NCBI GenBank assembly: GCA_001599295.1
Contig: BCGN01000005.1
Coordinates: 1,302,001 to 1,366,000, forward strand
DNA length: 64,000 bases
Direction of reading: 5' to 3'
DNA from: Sporopachydermia quercuum
Lineage: Eukaryota
The position numbers and the translations under genes are program-made. The notes beneath the pieces are model-generated. The model was not told the DNA's origin and made no database searches. It saw nothing but the letters and a program-made list of their open reading frames with translations. This document shows positions 11,401 through 21,464 of this stretch, in pieces. Within the stretch, counting starts at the first letter, position 1. The number at the start of each line of letters is the position of its first letter.

Positions 11401-12136
11401 TTGTTTTATATGCGTCTTTAGTTGCTGCTTCCAGAAAATAATAATATGCCCAGCATTCACTTTCTGTCTTGGTTTTCATTCTCCGGGCGACTTCAGCCAT
11501 ATTATGTTTAGAGCATCTTCCCAGAAAGGTAAAAAACTTGGATTTCTCATCTTTTGACCAATAAACACCATGTGAATTGTTCTGACTGTCTAGCACGTCA
11601 TCTGCTGAAGTATTTCTGCCCCGATGCCTTAAGGACACTTCACTATGGTAATCGGATAAAGTAATATTAGTTCCGTAATTCTCTTGAAACCCATCGACTT
11701 TTGGAAGTCCCTCAAAAAATTCCGAGCTTTCTTTTAGGAACAAATCTTCATAATTCTGCTGTATATTCAATGGTGGAGGCAAATAGTTGTTCTCCTTCTT
11801 CCATATCGATTCATCATACAAATGGTCCATAACAGCTTTAGGGATTTTTTCGGCATGAGAAAAGCTTTCAAGGGCAAAAGTCTTATATTCATCTTGAGAC
11901 TGTATTGGTAAGTATTTGCTAGAAACTATCTTGTCTGGAAGCTTCTGATAGCTTTTCTTCACTATAACATATGGATGTCTGTTCTTGTAGTCAATTTTGA
12001 AGGTATAGGGGACTTTTGGGTTGATTTCTCTTACTCTTTTCGCTTGGATATGATTTGAAAGGTCAATTTCCTCCTGAGGGTTTTCTGAGGCCTTATTTTC
12101 ATCTCTATTGCGTTTTCTCCTGTATATATTGACCAT
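8402..12136 (-). CDS. RRN5: RNA polymerase I upstream activation factor subunit Rrn5 (SANT/Myb domain), unusually long at 1244 aa
   Basis: YWSKDEKSKFFTFLGRCSKHNMAEVARRMKTKTESECWAYYYFL followed by MPFAREMSTEWVQVE, the SANT domain plus P-x-A-x-EMS-x-EW signature of Rrn5. Confidence 0.78.
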   Translation of the reverse strand: MVNIYRRKRNRDENKASENPQEEIDLSNHIQAKRVREINPKVPYTFKIDYKNRHPYVIVKKSYQKLPDKIVSSKYLPIQSQDEYKTFALESFSHAEKIPKAVMDHLYDESIWKKENNYLPPPLNIQQNYEDLFLKESSEFFEGLPKVDGFQENYGTNITLSDYHSEVSLRHRGRNTSADDVLDSQNNSHGVYWSKDEKSKFFTFLGRCSKHNMAEVARRMKTKTESECWAYYYFLEAATKDAYKTNKNELVKYNEMPFAREMSTEWVQVECKFAEKVLKYDEEYELNKELNHKPKPFPESIDHNELRLDGITENNEQILYYPRSNGLFNMTNFHKHMISMMSCLIPRDNKLFDVPVVIFDDALELVETIIRYIVEMVIYRAVANRLHDNWCFPEGLIQERGYDLKIKRETERKENDGNDSIFTNSTQSINSNVNYNHSDGDGDIIIVDNTNTTNTSTTTATTKGKDYEYISTDEERDRYIRSNAPESTSKRKRKSKSKQKEPIEIIPKPLEVLSEHLEKQTKRRRKTKAKKTRKQGEYSDSIANMSFGTAIGSVDYDKVENSVPHDIKSHISFQLDTSQTLFLTPAMKNDPEAVIGYPSLSGFNLVSKVFLRPIDVHDIEKAVNDLNADYNTRGINRRVDWGFLGKMFAVSREKYKKRGRRKERLRRVVPYGKQKLIERRYDNEEVRTYLDYLEDEDLVSENQEGNNENESENGSVDGAADTISKTENNIKNSLVEDKSIGMSGNNTAPSTVDELSSTQQSIQKAQFTVNHVPQRGSQPVKSNPMNGGSINASSAITTRITTNITSAIQETITSSTIGSIEHGEHYLQNDSTAIPPGIDLTTVSSTPSPLNSPTGNVRQEVASDQGSGPESPFLSAESESIKHRISDYILFGGILPNKTSKLASSASSSNIQDTLNILTYSSDDDSDLESIATYKGSSPQYGNKGDAKSSTSGKYHAEASSAHLPSCISTPAPISSTGSDALDTMISAGDYSPYFITSNEPFESLSERKQQEIILANELLDDPLQLRLFDAETCITGKEDHEVSRAEEHVLLTWLSTFKEEDIDLNSGSGYSTTAASSKKPSESPSSGIGIRFAPVETPTGIRYDQVISLAPDPQPPPPIMLKPNGPFDSVFDRETEDLLSEEEIERYSNVCDLNSEKATTYNIPIEEFRIQSREEIKRNYKERQRERNAELNGRDDSNYNEDNEDSGEEVSSEDEVNHFNTFNFTGLIEENAINYMRTYATYK

Positions 12137-13198
12137 TGTGCATGAATGTATGGGACTGTGTTTGGATTGTCGTTTCGGAGAACATATTAGAAATCTGACG
12201 GAAGGGAAGATGTATTAGTTGAAGCAGGAAATAGTGAGCGAAACTTGGCTCTTGGAGAGTCCAATAAAGAATCTGAGTAGTTATATGATAATTTTATGCT
12301 GTTAAATGCTGCTGGTTAGTCATTAATCACTTATCTGTAGGCTGCCTTCCTGTAGAACAGATGTGAATGTGAGATGCAAAGAATAAGTTATCAGAGTTGA
12401 CATCTGACTCAGGCAAAATGAGCATTTGAAAGCTGTTCAGGCTTTGTATGTAAAATGCAGCTTATTGCAGTATTATTATGGGAAAATTCTTGTTATATGA
12501 TAGATAATTGGTGACAAATAATGGCAATAGATATAAGTAATAAAGGGAATAAGCAGAATGATCAGTGATTTGATTTAAAAATTTGTATAAACAGAGAAAT
12601 AGGGTTTAAGTTGATGCATGATTTGTGCATGCTCTTGCAGATATCGAATTAAACTTTAAACTCTCCTAGATGATTGACTAGAGTATTGTGGTAAGATGGA
12701 AAGGAAACAATAGTTAGGAAACCCCTTATTTCTTCTGTCCAGTTTACTTAGCTGTATCTAAAAATTTTATCCTCCCTTAGATTCAGTAATCCTTGTTTTC
12801 GGACCGACATTGAATAAATGCAGTNTTTCTATCTCGAGAAATAGGTCCCACAAATTTATAAACTTTTAAGGTTTCTAACCTTAAGTTTTACAGTAAAAAT
12901 TAATTGTACAAATCGTCCTCCTCATGCTTTTCAACTACAAACGACAGACGCTGGCCTTATGTTTCTCATGAAACAAAAGAATTCAGTCAATTACATTATC
13001 CCATTCCATGTGTTGTCAGCAATTAAACCAACCTTTTAATAAGGATCTATCAGACTTCAATTGACATCTCGCCTCAACCACACCCTCAAGCTTCATCCTA
13101 TAGCCTTTTTGAGACACTTCTCACTCATCACATTTCTTAACTTCATATCTCATTTCAAAAACGTCCTTCCGAACTGAGATCCGAGGTCTGATCATACT

Positions 13199-13209
13199 AA
13201 AAATTTTCA
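13199..13209 (-). promoter_or_regulatory. RRPE element in the RRN5/SLS1 divergent promoter
   Basis: AAAAATTTTCA, a full TGAAAATTTTT on minus, about 335 nt before the SLS1 ATG. Confidence 0.5.
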
Positions 13210-13538
13210 GTAATAAGTCTGTTTCTTTTACCATAAACATCTTCAAGCTTGCGATACATATTTATGTTTCATGGGTAAATAAGCATTTTCATTAAGGAAA
13301 TATTGGTCTTTTCTGATATGACAGGTTCTAAGGCAAGTTCTAACTGATTCGTCAATTTTCAGTACTTTGTTTTGCTTCTTTTTGTCTGCTTCGTCTCCTT
13401 GAAGTGGGAGGGAGTGTCATAAAGAGATACATGCCTCAGGGTCTTCCTTTTTATCTGTTGTGAGTGTATTATAATAGTCGCAGCAAAAGTAACAGCAAAT
13501 AGCCATAACCGGCGTAAAAGGGTGTAAAACAGGTGAAA

Positions 13539-16376
13539 ATGAGCATTTGGTTGAGAAGGTCGTTCAAACCGACTGTACTTAAGCCAAATGTCCACCCTTA
13601 TTTCAATATCTATCCTGTCAAATATAACCACCAGCGTAATCGGTTTTTCACTGGTGATTCCTCGTTGAAACCATCAGTAGCTCCAACAGAAGAATCTACA
13701 GAAGCTTCAGAAGGTCTAGCAGAAGAAACAGATTCTCCTGCAGAACCACTATCAGAACAACTATCAACACCGTCCTCGGCCCTATCTCCATCTTCATCAC
13801 AACCAGAGTCAGATTCTAAAACCAGTCTATTTGATTTCTCACTGGGATGGTTAGAAGACACGTCAAAACAGCATGATAATGATCACGCATCTGATCATAT
13901 AACTGCTCCTTCTCAAGATGAAGATGATAGTATTTTCAGCTCATTTGAATCATCTGAAGAGCCAAATAATATCAACACGGATGTGTCGTCATTGTTTGAT
14001 TTTGATTCAACTACCAATTCAACGGACAAAGACAATGATGCTTGGGAAACTAAACCAAACAATTTTGAATCACCAGACTATTTAATACCTGTGAAATCTC
14101 CCAAGATCAAAACGTCTAATAATCGTTTTCTCAAGACAGACAATATAGTTGTACTCAATCGAACAGAAGCTCGTCTTTCTCGCAGAGCACGTCCCAGGTA
14201 CTATGATCTTATTCCCAAGCAAGAAATCAATCTGAATTTCGAGTTGAGTAACATCCGACACCAGCAGGAACAGCTGTTGGTGCATAAGACAAACGTTGAT
14301 GAAGAAACAATCATTAGGAGCATATTTGAAGAAGAGCCTAAGGATAATAAAGTACTTTTTGCTGCTGAATACGATAAACTGTTTGAGAAATTATACAAAG
14401 GGTTCACTATTCCTCAATTCAAGGCTGTGGTGAAAGCCTATCAGAAACAGGGAAGGTCACTCAAAGGGTCTGGTAAAAAGCGGCTACCCAGTAAGAAAAA
14501 AGAAATAGTGAAAGCCATCATGCATAACATTTGGGGCTTGCAAAGACTTGATGAAGACGCAGAACAGTCACAGATGATCGTGGAAAGAGTAATTCACTGT
14601 ACATCTAGAGACACTTATTTACTGATGATGAGAAGGGACCTCTGGCTAGGCAAGTGGACCAAAACTGGTATTGAGGTTTCCATTGATGCTAACAGAAATA
14701 TTGTGGTGAGAGCAACTGAAGCTGCATGCTCCTGGATTGAAGCTGAGATCAGAAGAGTTCTCAGCTATGTTATTACTATTGAACTAGATTTGCTAGACCT
14801 ATGGAGATTATATGGTGATAACCCAGTACCTTTTCAAGCTGTTGAAAGGCTTGCCTGTGTTCATTTCGAGCTTATTAGCGAACAGTTTGATGAAGCCGGA
14901 AACATCGTAGAAGCCAAGTATTTTCTCTCCGGTTTACATCACATGGCTTTAATGAATGCGAAGAGGTACTTGATGCATGCAATTCCTCATCTACCCCGAT
15001 TTTCATCATCGTTACGTATACATTCAGAAGATTTTTCCCGTTTGTATGGATTCCGGGTGCTTGAAGACGAGTGTATTCCGTGGAACCACCGGGGCAAATT
15101 TCTGGTGCGACCTCGTGAAAAGAAGAACAAAGTTGCCAATACGGAAGCTGATAAATTGGAGCCCTCAAGCAAGGAAATCTTCGACACAATCTTACAAGAT
15201 TTGTCGGATGTTCCTGGTGAAAGTAGGGAAAAAAGTACGGGTGCTTATACAAACGCTAGGAAGGCTGAAAACCCCACCATTACTGAGAATACTAATAGTA
15301 CAGCGGAAATGAAATCTTTGTTATCAGAATTATACAAAGATATAGTCACCAGTTTCAAATCACTAGAAGAGAAGAGCTTTTCTCTGTCCCAATCAGGCGC
15401 CAACCTAGAATCAACTGTCACTGCAACGTTTGGGAACCTTTTATTCCCCCAACCAGTAGAAAACAACAATAGCAATAGTCTATACGTGAATAATTTGGCC
15501 CCGTTCAAGTCAAATGACTCATTCTTTCTCGCTAATATCCCACTGCTTCAGGAGAACATCTTCTTGAATCCAATGGTGAAATTAACACCTGAAGCAGCCT
15601 TTGAAGGAACAGCTGATAGCTCTAGCTACTACATTCAGTGCAAGTTTGTTCCTTCGCCTTTTGAGCAGAATACCAACGTAGATATTACGGAATATCCCCC
15701 AATGGAAATGCTGTTTAGTCTTAATGAAGAGAACATTGGTGACCATTTGCTGAGGATTTTACTTGTTGATAAAGAAACTGAGGCCCTTGTTGGATTGCCA
15801 TCGGCAGCTGCAGATGTGAAATTCACAGTAGCAGTCACCAGAGACTTAGATTTCGGTGCTAGTGATTTAGGACATAATATACCTGACGAAGTGACTCCTC
15901 AGCCTGATATCAATAGGTTCTTACGGGAATGTCAATTGGAGTTCAACAGCCGAGAGAAATTACATATTCCTCCCTATGTAGACGTCCAGTTCGAAAATGG
16001 TAAGACTGTGCAGTACTTTTACCAATCTACGCTTTTCCGCAGGGAGCTTACTTTCAATTATGAATCACCAGAATCCGCGATGAGTACCAATGCGAATGCC
16101 TTACAACTGCAAATGTCTGTTATAGAAGGAGGACTTTTAGGTGGTAGACGGATCGAAGTGAATTTGGTTGCTAATTCTATCGATGGTTTAGACGGTGGAA
16201 ATGTTGGTAGTGAGTTTACTGAAGGCTCTGAAGTTCCTGAAACCAGTGAAGTCGGAGAAACTGATGAAACTCTTTCAGATACTGCAAATGGGGAACTCAT
16301 GCCTGAAAACCAGTTCATTCAATTCGGCATGAGTGCTTTCAGTTTCATCAGAAAAATGAAACATAAGGTGTTCTAA
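13539..16376 (+). CDS. SLS1: Mitochondrial inner-membrane gene-expression regulator Sls1, 945 aa
   Basis: ATG at 13539 with a presequence-like start. SLS1-family motifs: LYKGFTIPQF...IVKAIMHNIW, YIQCKFVPSP, YPPME, LPSAAADVKF, EGGLLGGRRIEVNL. Confidence 0.75.
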   Translation: MSIWLRRSFKPTVLKPNVHPYFNIYPVKYNHQRNRFFTGDSSLKPSVAPTEESTEASEGLAEETDSPAEPLSEQLSTPSSALSPSSSQPESDSKTSLFDFSLGWLEDTSKQHDNDHASDHITAPSQDEDDSIFSSFESSEEPNNINTDVSSLFDFDSTTNSTDKDNDAWETKPNNFESPDYLIPVKSPKIKTSNNRFLKTDNIVVLNRTEARLSRRARPRYYDLIPKQEINLNFELSNIRHQQEQLLVHKTNVDEETIIRSIFEEEPKDNKVLFAAEYDKLFEKLYKGFTIPQFKAVVKAYQKQGRSLKGSGKKRLPSKKKEIVKAIMHNIWGLQRLDEDAEQSQMIVERVIHCTSRDTYLLMMRRDLWLGKWTKTGIEVSIDANRNIVVRATEAACSWIEAEIRRVLSYVITIELDLLDLWRLYGDNPVPFQAVERLACVHFELISEQFDEAGNIVEAKYFLSGLHHMALMNAKRYLMHAIPHLPRFSSSLRIHSEDFSRLYGFRVLEDECIPWNHRGKFLVRPREKKNKVANTEADKLEPSSKEIFDTILQDLSDVPGESREKSTGAYTNARKAENPTITENTNSTAEMKSLLSELYKDIVTSFKSLEEKSFSLSQSGANLESTVTATFGNLLFPQPVENNNSNSLYVNNLAPFKSNDSFFLANIPLLQENIFLNPMVKLTPEAAFEGTADSSSYYIQCKFVPSPFEQNTNVDITEYPPMEMLFSLNEENIGDHLLRILLVDKETEALVGLPSAAADVKFTVAVTRDLDFGASDLGHNIPDEVTPQPDINRFLRECQLEFNSREKLHIPPYVDVQFENGKTVQYFYQSTLFRRELTFNYESPESAMSTNANALQLQMSVIEGGLLGGRRIEVNLVANSIDGLDGGNVGSEFTEGSEVPETSEVGETDETLSDTANGELMPENQFIQFGMSAFSFIRKMKHKVF

Positions 16377-16394
16377 TATGAATATTTCTTATGT

Positions 16395-16404
16395 CTTGTA
16401 AATA
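16395..16404 (+). promoter_or_regulatory. Puf3-type 3'-UTR element of SLS1
   Basis: CTTGTAAATA starting 19 nt after the stop codon. Confidence 0.65.
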
Positions 16405-17511
16405 GTTTAAATGGATTAGCAAATCCTTGTGAAATAAATGAGTATATTACAAAGAAGATATGTGTAAATTAGATAGGGCTAGGAGATAGAATTATCATCG
16501 ATATGTTGGTATAGTTAGTGGTTATAGTTGTAGTTCTAGCTGTGGTTGTGGCTGTGGTTGTTTGTTTGATGATTATGTAGATGGTTGCCTGAAGAGTGTA
16601 TGAAGTAGCAAGATGATGGTTGACATGAAAGATAATCATAAAATTGTATTACCATTTTAATATTACCATTTTAATGAGAGTTTGCGACCGGTCTTTATTT
16701 GAGAAGAAAGCTAGTAGAAGTTCCTATATGGAGCTATATTACCAATGGCTACTTACAGATAGTCTAATAAGTACCAAACGAAACATTCCATTCATTTACC
16801 ATCAATATCAGTTATAATCAATAACAGTCATAAGCTATCATAGCAGCTATCTATACTCATCGCATTTACAATACTATGCTACCAATTGAGCAGCTTTCAT
16901 CACCATATTCTGATCATATCCTATTCCCTCCGAGTAAGCTGGTTCTCGTACACTTTATCCTGCTGCTGATTGCAAAATCAAGATATTGAGTACCTGATAA
17001 GCAGCATTGGTTTTAGTAGTTGCCTTATTTCGCTAATGATTGTTACTGTTAGTACTCCCTTTGTTTAATATGTGGTCAAACAGCCAAACAGCCAAACAGC
17101 GGAGCGACTGTGCTACCCAAGATACAAATTTATCTGCCAACAGAAAGTGTAGGCTGGATAAGGCCGGCTGAAACAAAAATTTCCTTTGGATATTACTTCT
17201 GATGAGCCCAGTTCCATGTTGATTTGAGAAGGCTCCTTTCTTGACTAATATAAGTGAGTCCGATATGATGCTTGCTAGGAACAATGGCTATTCTAACTCG
17301 AAATAATGTGAAACAGTTTCCCTCCTAAACACTTTATGTGGATGGCAATCCGAAATAAAAGACAGATTAGGAACAGAACACTAATGACATTTACCAAATA
17401 ATCGCTTGATCCTACTAGTCTTTAAGGCGGATAATTCACTTTTCGGTCAGCCACTCAAGATTTTACTATTTTTCAAGCAACTGTTTCATAACTTCCCTGG
17501 CTTACTTTACA

Positions 17512-18306
17512 CTACCTGATGTACTTGTTCATGAACTTCTTATGGAAATCTGATCTCATTAAATCATTAACATAAGTTTCTCTGGGATCCTTTTTAACAT
17601 CTTGTCCTTTGGCTTTATTTTTAAACAAACTATCGTCCATCCAGCTTTTCTTGACTTTGAAGGTTTCTGGGTTTAACAACGGATTGCTTTTTGCTATTTC
17701 CTCTTCTCTTGCTTTGTCTCTTAATTTCTGTTCTTCTTCTTCTAACCGTCTTTTCTGTTCTTGTCGTTCTCTCTTGATTTTCGCTAACTCTTTTAGTAGT
17801 AGCGTTGTCTCATCCTCTGAATCCACATCCGAGTTTGAATCCGAGTCTGAATCTGAATTTGAATCTGAATCGGAGTCTGGGTCTTTGTTTGAGGATCTCT
17901 CAGTATCTCCCATTGCATTATCACTTCGTTTTGTTTTGGTGGTTGATCCGTTCTCATCTGATCCAGACTCTGAATCAGTATCAGAGCCACTAGAGTCGGC
18001 ATCAGAATTCTGATGCTCTTGTATGATTTTCTGACGTTTTCTCTCCTGTTCTAAGTCTATGTCAGCTTGAGAAGTAGCAGATGGCACCTTATTGAAGAGT
18101 TCCTGTTTGAGCACTTTTTTATGAGACAAATCTTCCACCTTCTCTATATCTTCTGTTTCAAGAAAACCAGCAGCACCACCTTGTCCTCGTTTACGGTACT
18201 TCATTTGCATATGAGCTGGTAAAGCCCTGGAATGGTATACAGAAGAAGGATTAGTTGTTGCTCGCCCTTTGGCGGCATCGAAGGTTGGTCTGTGGGCCGT
18301 TGTCAT
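17512..18306 (-). CDS. CWC15: Pre-mRNA splicing factor Cwc15/Cwf15
   Basis: N-terminal MTTAHRPTFDAAKG...SRALPAHMQMKYR, a central SD-rich tract, and C-terminal VNDLMRSDFHKKFMNKYIR. Confidence 0.95.
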   Translation of the reverse strand: MTTAHRPTFDAAKGRATTNPSSVYHSRALPAHMQMKYRKRGQGGAAGFLETEDIEKVEDLSHKKVLKQELFNKVPSATSQADIDLEQERKRQKIIQEHQNSDADSSGSDTDSESGSDENGSTTKTKRSDNAMGDTERSSNKDPDSDSDSNSDSDSDSNSDVDSEDETTLLLKELAKIKRERQEQKRRLEEEEQKLRDKAREEEIAKSNPLLNPETFKVKKSWMDDSLFKNKAKGQDVKKDPRETYVNDLMRSDFHKKFMNKYIR

Positions 18307-20288
18307 TGCTGGTTTGAATGTGTTTTATGGTGATCACCAAATCAAAAAACTCCCACTTTATACACTGATCACACTTGTTTGCCCGATTTAACACATAACT
18401 AGCATTATCAACAGCGTAAGTTAAGTAACAGTTTATAGAAGAATGATTAGCATTGAAACATAGTCTTTTCGTCCGCATAAAGTTTTGCACAGTAGAGGAC
18501 ATAGAGTCTCATTCCATTAAAGCACAATAACCTTGGTGATACAAAAAGATAGCCCGAGTTTACGCTTCTAAGGTACAAATTCAGGTTTGGTGGAACTCTG
18601 GTATTTACAGAGAGACAATAGAAAATCGTTTACAGTTGTATCAGGTGAACGGAACATGCTAAACATTGCTGGAAGACTCTCATAGTCAGTGTAAGCATGA
18701 AGTATTACTCTTCTTTCTTTTGCTTTTATGTCGGTCATACTATTATACTCATTCGATATTTTTTATGGCTCCTCAATGTTTCCTTAAGCAACTTATCACA
18801 TAATCGTAATATTCGGTACTTTGATGTAACTTCCTGCAAGTCTTGCATCAACATAATGCCCTAACTCGCAAAAAGTCCCATTAGAGTTCAAATATTAAAC
18901 TTTAAGTTTTTACATTCTTGTCATCTCTTATGCTCTTGACACAAGACACTGAAATGTAATGTAATGAAATCAATTATGCTGGTGGAGTTATTCCTACCTG
19001 AAGGATATTCAACTAATAACGTCATAAATACCGTTCTGAGTTGGACCTATCGGTGATTCAAGGTTTTATCATATTTAGTACTGATACTGTGAATAAAATT
19101 GTCCGGCATCTCATATTCTATAGACATTTATTCTATTCATTTTGATTTATTCGTTTTTAATAGAAGAAACTATGGTATAACCACACTTCCCGAGTCAATC
19201 AATCTATTATTTACCAATTTTTCAACCGTTCACGTCTCATATATCTATTGTCTCCACTTTGCTGTAACCATTGTACTTCTGGAACAGACTCGTTCATAAC
19301 ACTCACTGTTCAGAACTCGCGCTTTTCGATTTGTATTACTTCAGCAAAAAGTCTGTATAAAATCAACACCACAAGCATATTCATTACCATCTTCTCAATA
19401 TTCACCCCAGTTTTGTCAACAGGTATTTCCTAATGTTATTCTTTTTGTTTGTTTTTCACTCTCCTCATACTAACTATCTCTATCTGATTAGAATTCGCAT
19501 CAATCTGTACAATCTCCCCTAAGTTTTACTGTAGTGGTCCCTACTAATACTGAATCTCATCTCAGATAGATTATACTACTAAATTTTTATGGGCAAATAC
19601 CACACTGATTCCCTTCTACACTACTCAGCCTGGAAGTCGTGCAAACGTCTGTGCTTTAGAAAGTTACAAATCTAATATAAGGCCAATTATCTACATCTAC
19701 GAAAAAGCCATTGACAGATACAGCACTTTTATCATTGATTGGTGATCTCATAATACAACGTTACACAAATAAAATAGCACGTTTAATCTATCATCATCTG
19801 TGTGTTTTTTAACTATCATTTCTGATCAACTAATTAATCTTTGCTTCGTGAATTAAATTGATTCACAAAACCTTTATCTGTTATTTGTACCATTCTATTT
19901 ATTGTTTAATCACGAATCTCATATATAACACAATTTTCTATTCTCCAATCGCTTCTTCGCTCTTTTCTCTGTATTTTATTATCGTAATCAACCAGTTAAC
20001 TGCTTGATACAATACATATTATACAGTTCTGCTGCACCTGTACTTGCACTTGCATTTGCTTGGGTTACTTTACTAAGAAAGAGAAAAAGGATATGTTGGT
20101 GTGAAAACTGAGACAATTGTTGAGCTTGAGCTTTCCGGGAAACACTTGTCATTTTGGAATAGAGGGACATTTGGTGTATGAATGTTTCAACACTGAATCG
20201 TTAGTGGATTTTTTGAACTAACAGAACTTGTTTCAACTACACCGTGGACTTTTCATATACAACACCTCCTGTAGCAGTAACAACGTTA

Positions 20289-21464
20289 ATGATGGATCTC
20301 GATGTCGATGTGGGAGAAACAGACCGGCCGCCTTTCCAAGAGACAGAAGTTGGTTTGAGTACACAGCTGGAGAACAAGACCAGAGAACAGAACGAAGGGC
20401 GCTTGATGAGTAAAACTCCACCAACGGAGCCAGAATTAGTATCGCAAGGGGAAGNTGAATCGGAAGAATGGAAACGACACTCAGCAGAATCTATTAACAA
20501 TTACAACATTGTACCAGGATTCAAATCAGCTTTATCATACACGTCAGTAAGAGATTTCGCTTATCCAACAGACCATGAGCTCCATTATGGAGTTCCTAGC
20601 GAGAATGACCCAGAAGATCTATTGAAAGAACTGGAAGAAAGCAAAAACTATCAAACACAGTATTACCCAAATTCATCAAATATATCNCCGCAAATCATAG
20701 ATGGTTTATCGTTTGCTGAACGAGCGAACTTTGATTATGATTATGACGACATAGAAGACGATATCTATAATGACGATGGACCTCCATGGTTAGAAGATAC
20801 AGATTTGGCCTCACCTATAGTAACCTCACATCAAGTTGGAGATCGAATATCCAAAGATTTCGACTTCACTGTAGTTTCTGATGATGAAGTGCATGGAAGA
20901 GCTGTAGCTTTGTTTGATTTCGTGCCAGAAAACGAAAATGAAGTGCCTTTAGTAGAAGGACAGACCATATGGGTGAGTTATCGATATGGACAAGGATGGT
21001 TGGTAGCAGAGGATCCTCGAACGGGGAACAGCGGACTAGTTCCAGAGGAATATGTTCAGATGGTGCCCAGGCAACCCTTCAAAGACTCTGGAGTTCCTGG
21101 TGCTGATGATAATAATAATGATGGCGACTCTTATAAAGCAGGAGAAGTGTCAGAACAATCAGAACAGTCTCATATAGTTAGCAATGCTAATAAAGATGAT
21201 GAAAGCTACCGAAATAATGATTTTGACGATGAAGATGACTCGGAGGATGAAGCTAAACAAGTATTACCAAACCTCTTTAAAGATAAACTGACAGTTACCA
21301 AAAGGACATCAGCTATAAACAGAAGTAGTGTAGCCAACAATGATGATAATGGTGATGATGATGATGGTGATGAATGGATAGATGAAGGACCAGTTAATGA
21401 TGATGAAGAGGTAGAAGGTGAGGCGGAAAATGGGGAAGAAGAGGACGTGGTGAACGATAGGTAA
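20289..21464 (+). CDS. NBP2: SH3 adaptor Nbp2 (HOG pathway/Ptc1 adaptor), about 391 aa
   Basis: SVRDFAYP...LHYG motif and SH3 domain GRAVALFDFVPENENEVPLVEGQTIWVSYRYGQGWLVA...GLVPEEYV. First ATG at 20289 (the track starts at GTG 20244). Confidence 0.85.
   Translation: MMDLDVDVGETDRPPFQETEVGLSTQLENKTREQNEGRLMSKTPPTEPELVSQGEXESEEWKRHSAESINNYNIVPGFKSALSYTSVRDFAYPTDHELHYGVPSENDPEDLLKELEESKNYQTQYYPNSSNIXPQIIDGLSFAERANFDYDYDDIEDDIYNDDGPPWLEDTDLASPIVTSHQVGDRISKDFDFTVVSDDEVHGRAVALFDFVPENENEVPLVEGQTIWVSYRYGQGWLVAEDPRTGNSGLVPEEYVQMVPRQPFKDSGVPGADDNNNDGDSYKAGEVSEQSEQSHIVSNANKDDESYRNNDFDDEDDSEDEAKQVLPNLFKDKLTVTKRTSAINRSSVANNDDNGDDDDGDEWIDEGPVNDDEEVEGEAENGEEEDVVNDR

Noticed and set aside
17609..18013. Ser/Glu-repeat plus-strand ORF
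   Set aside because: Antisense shadow of the CWC15 SD-repeat region.
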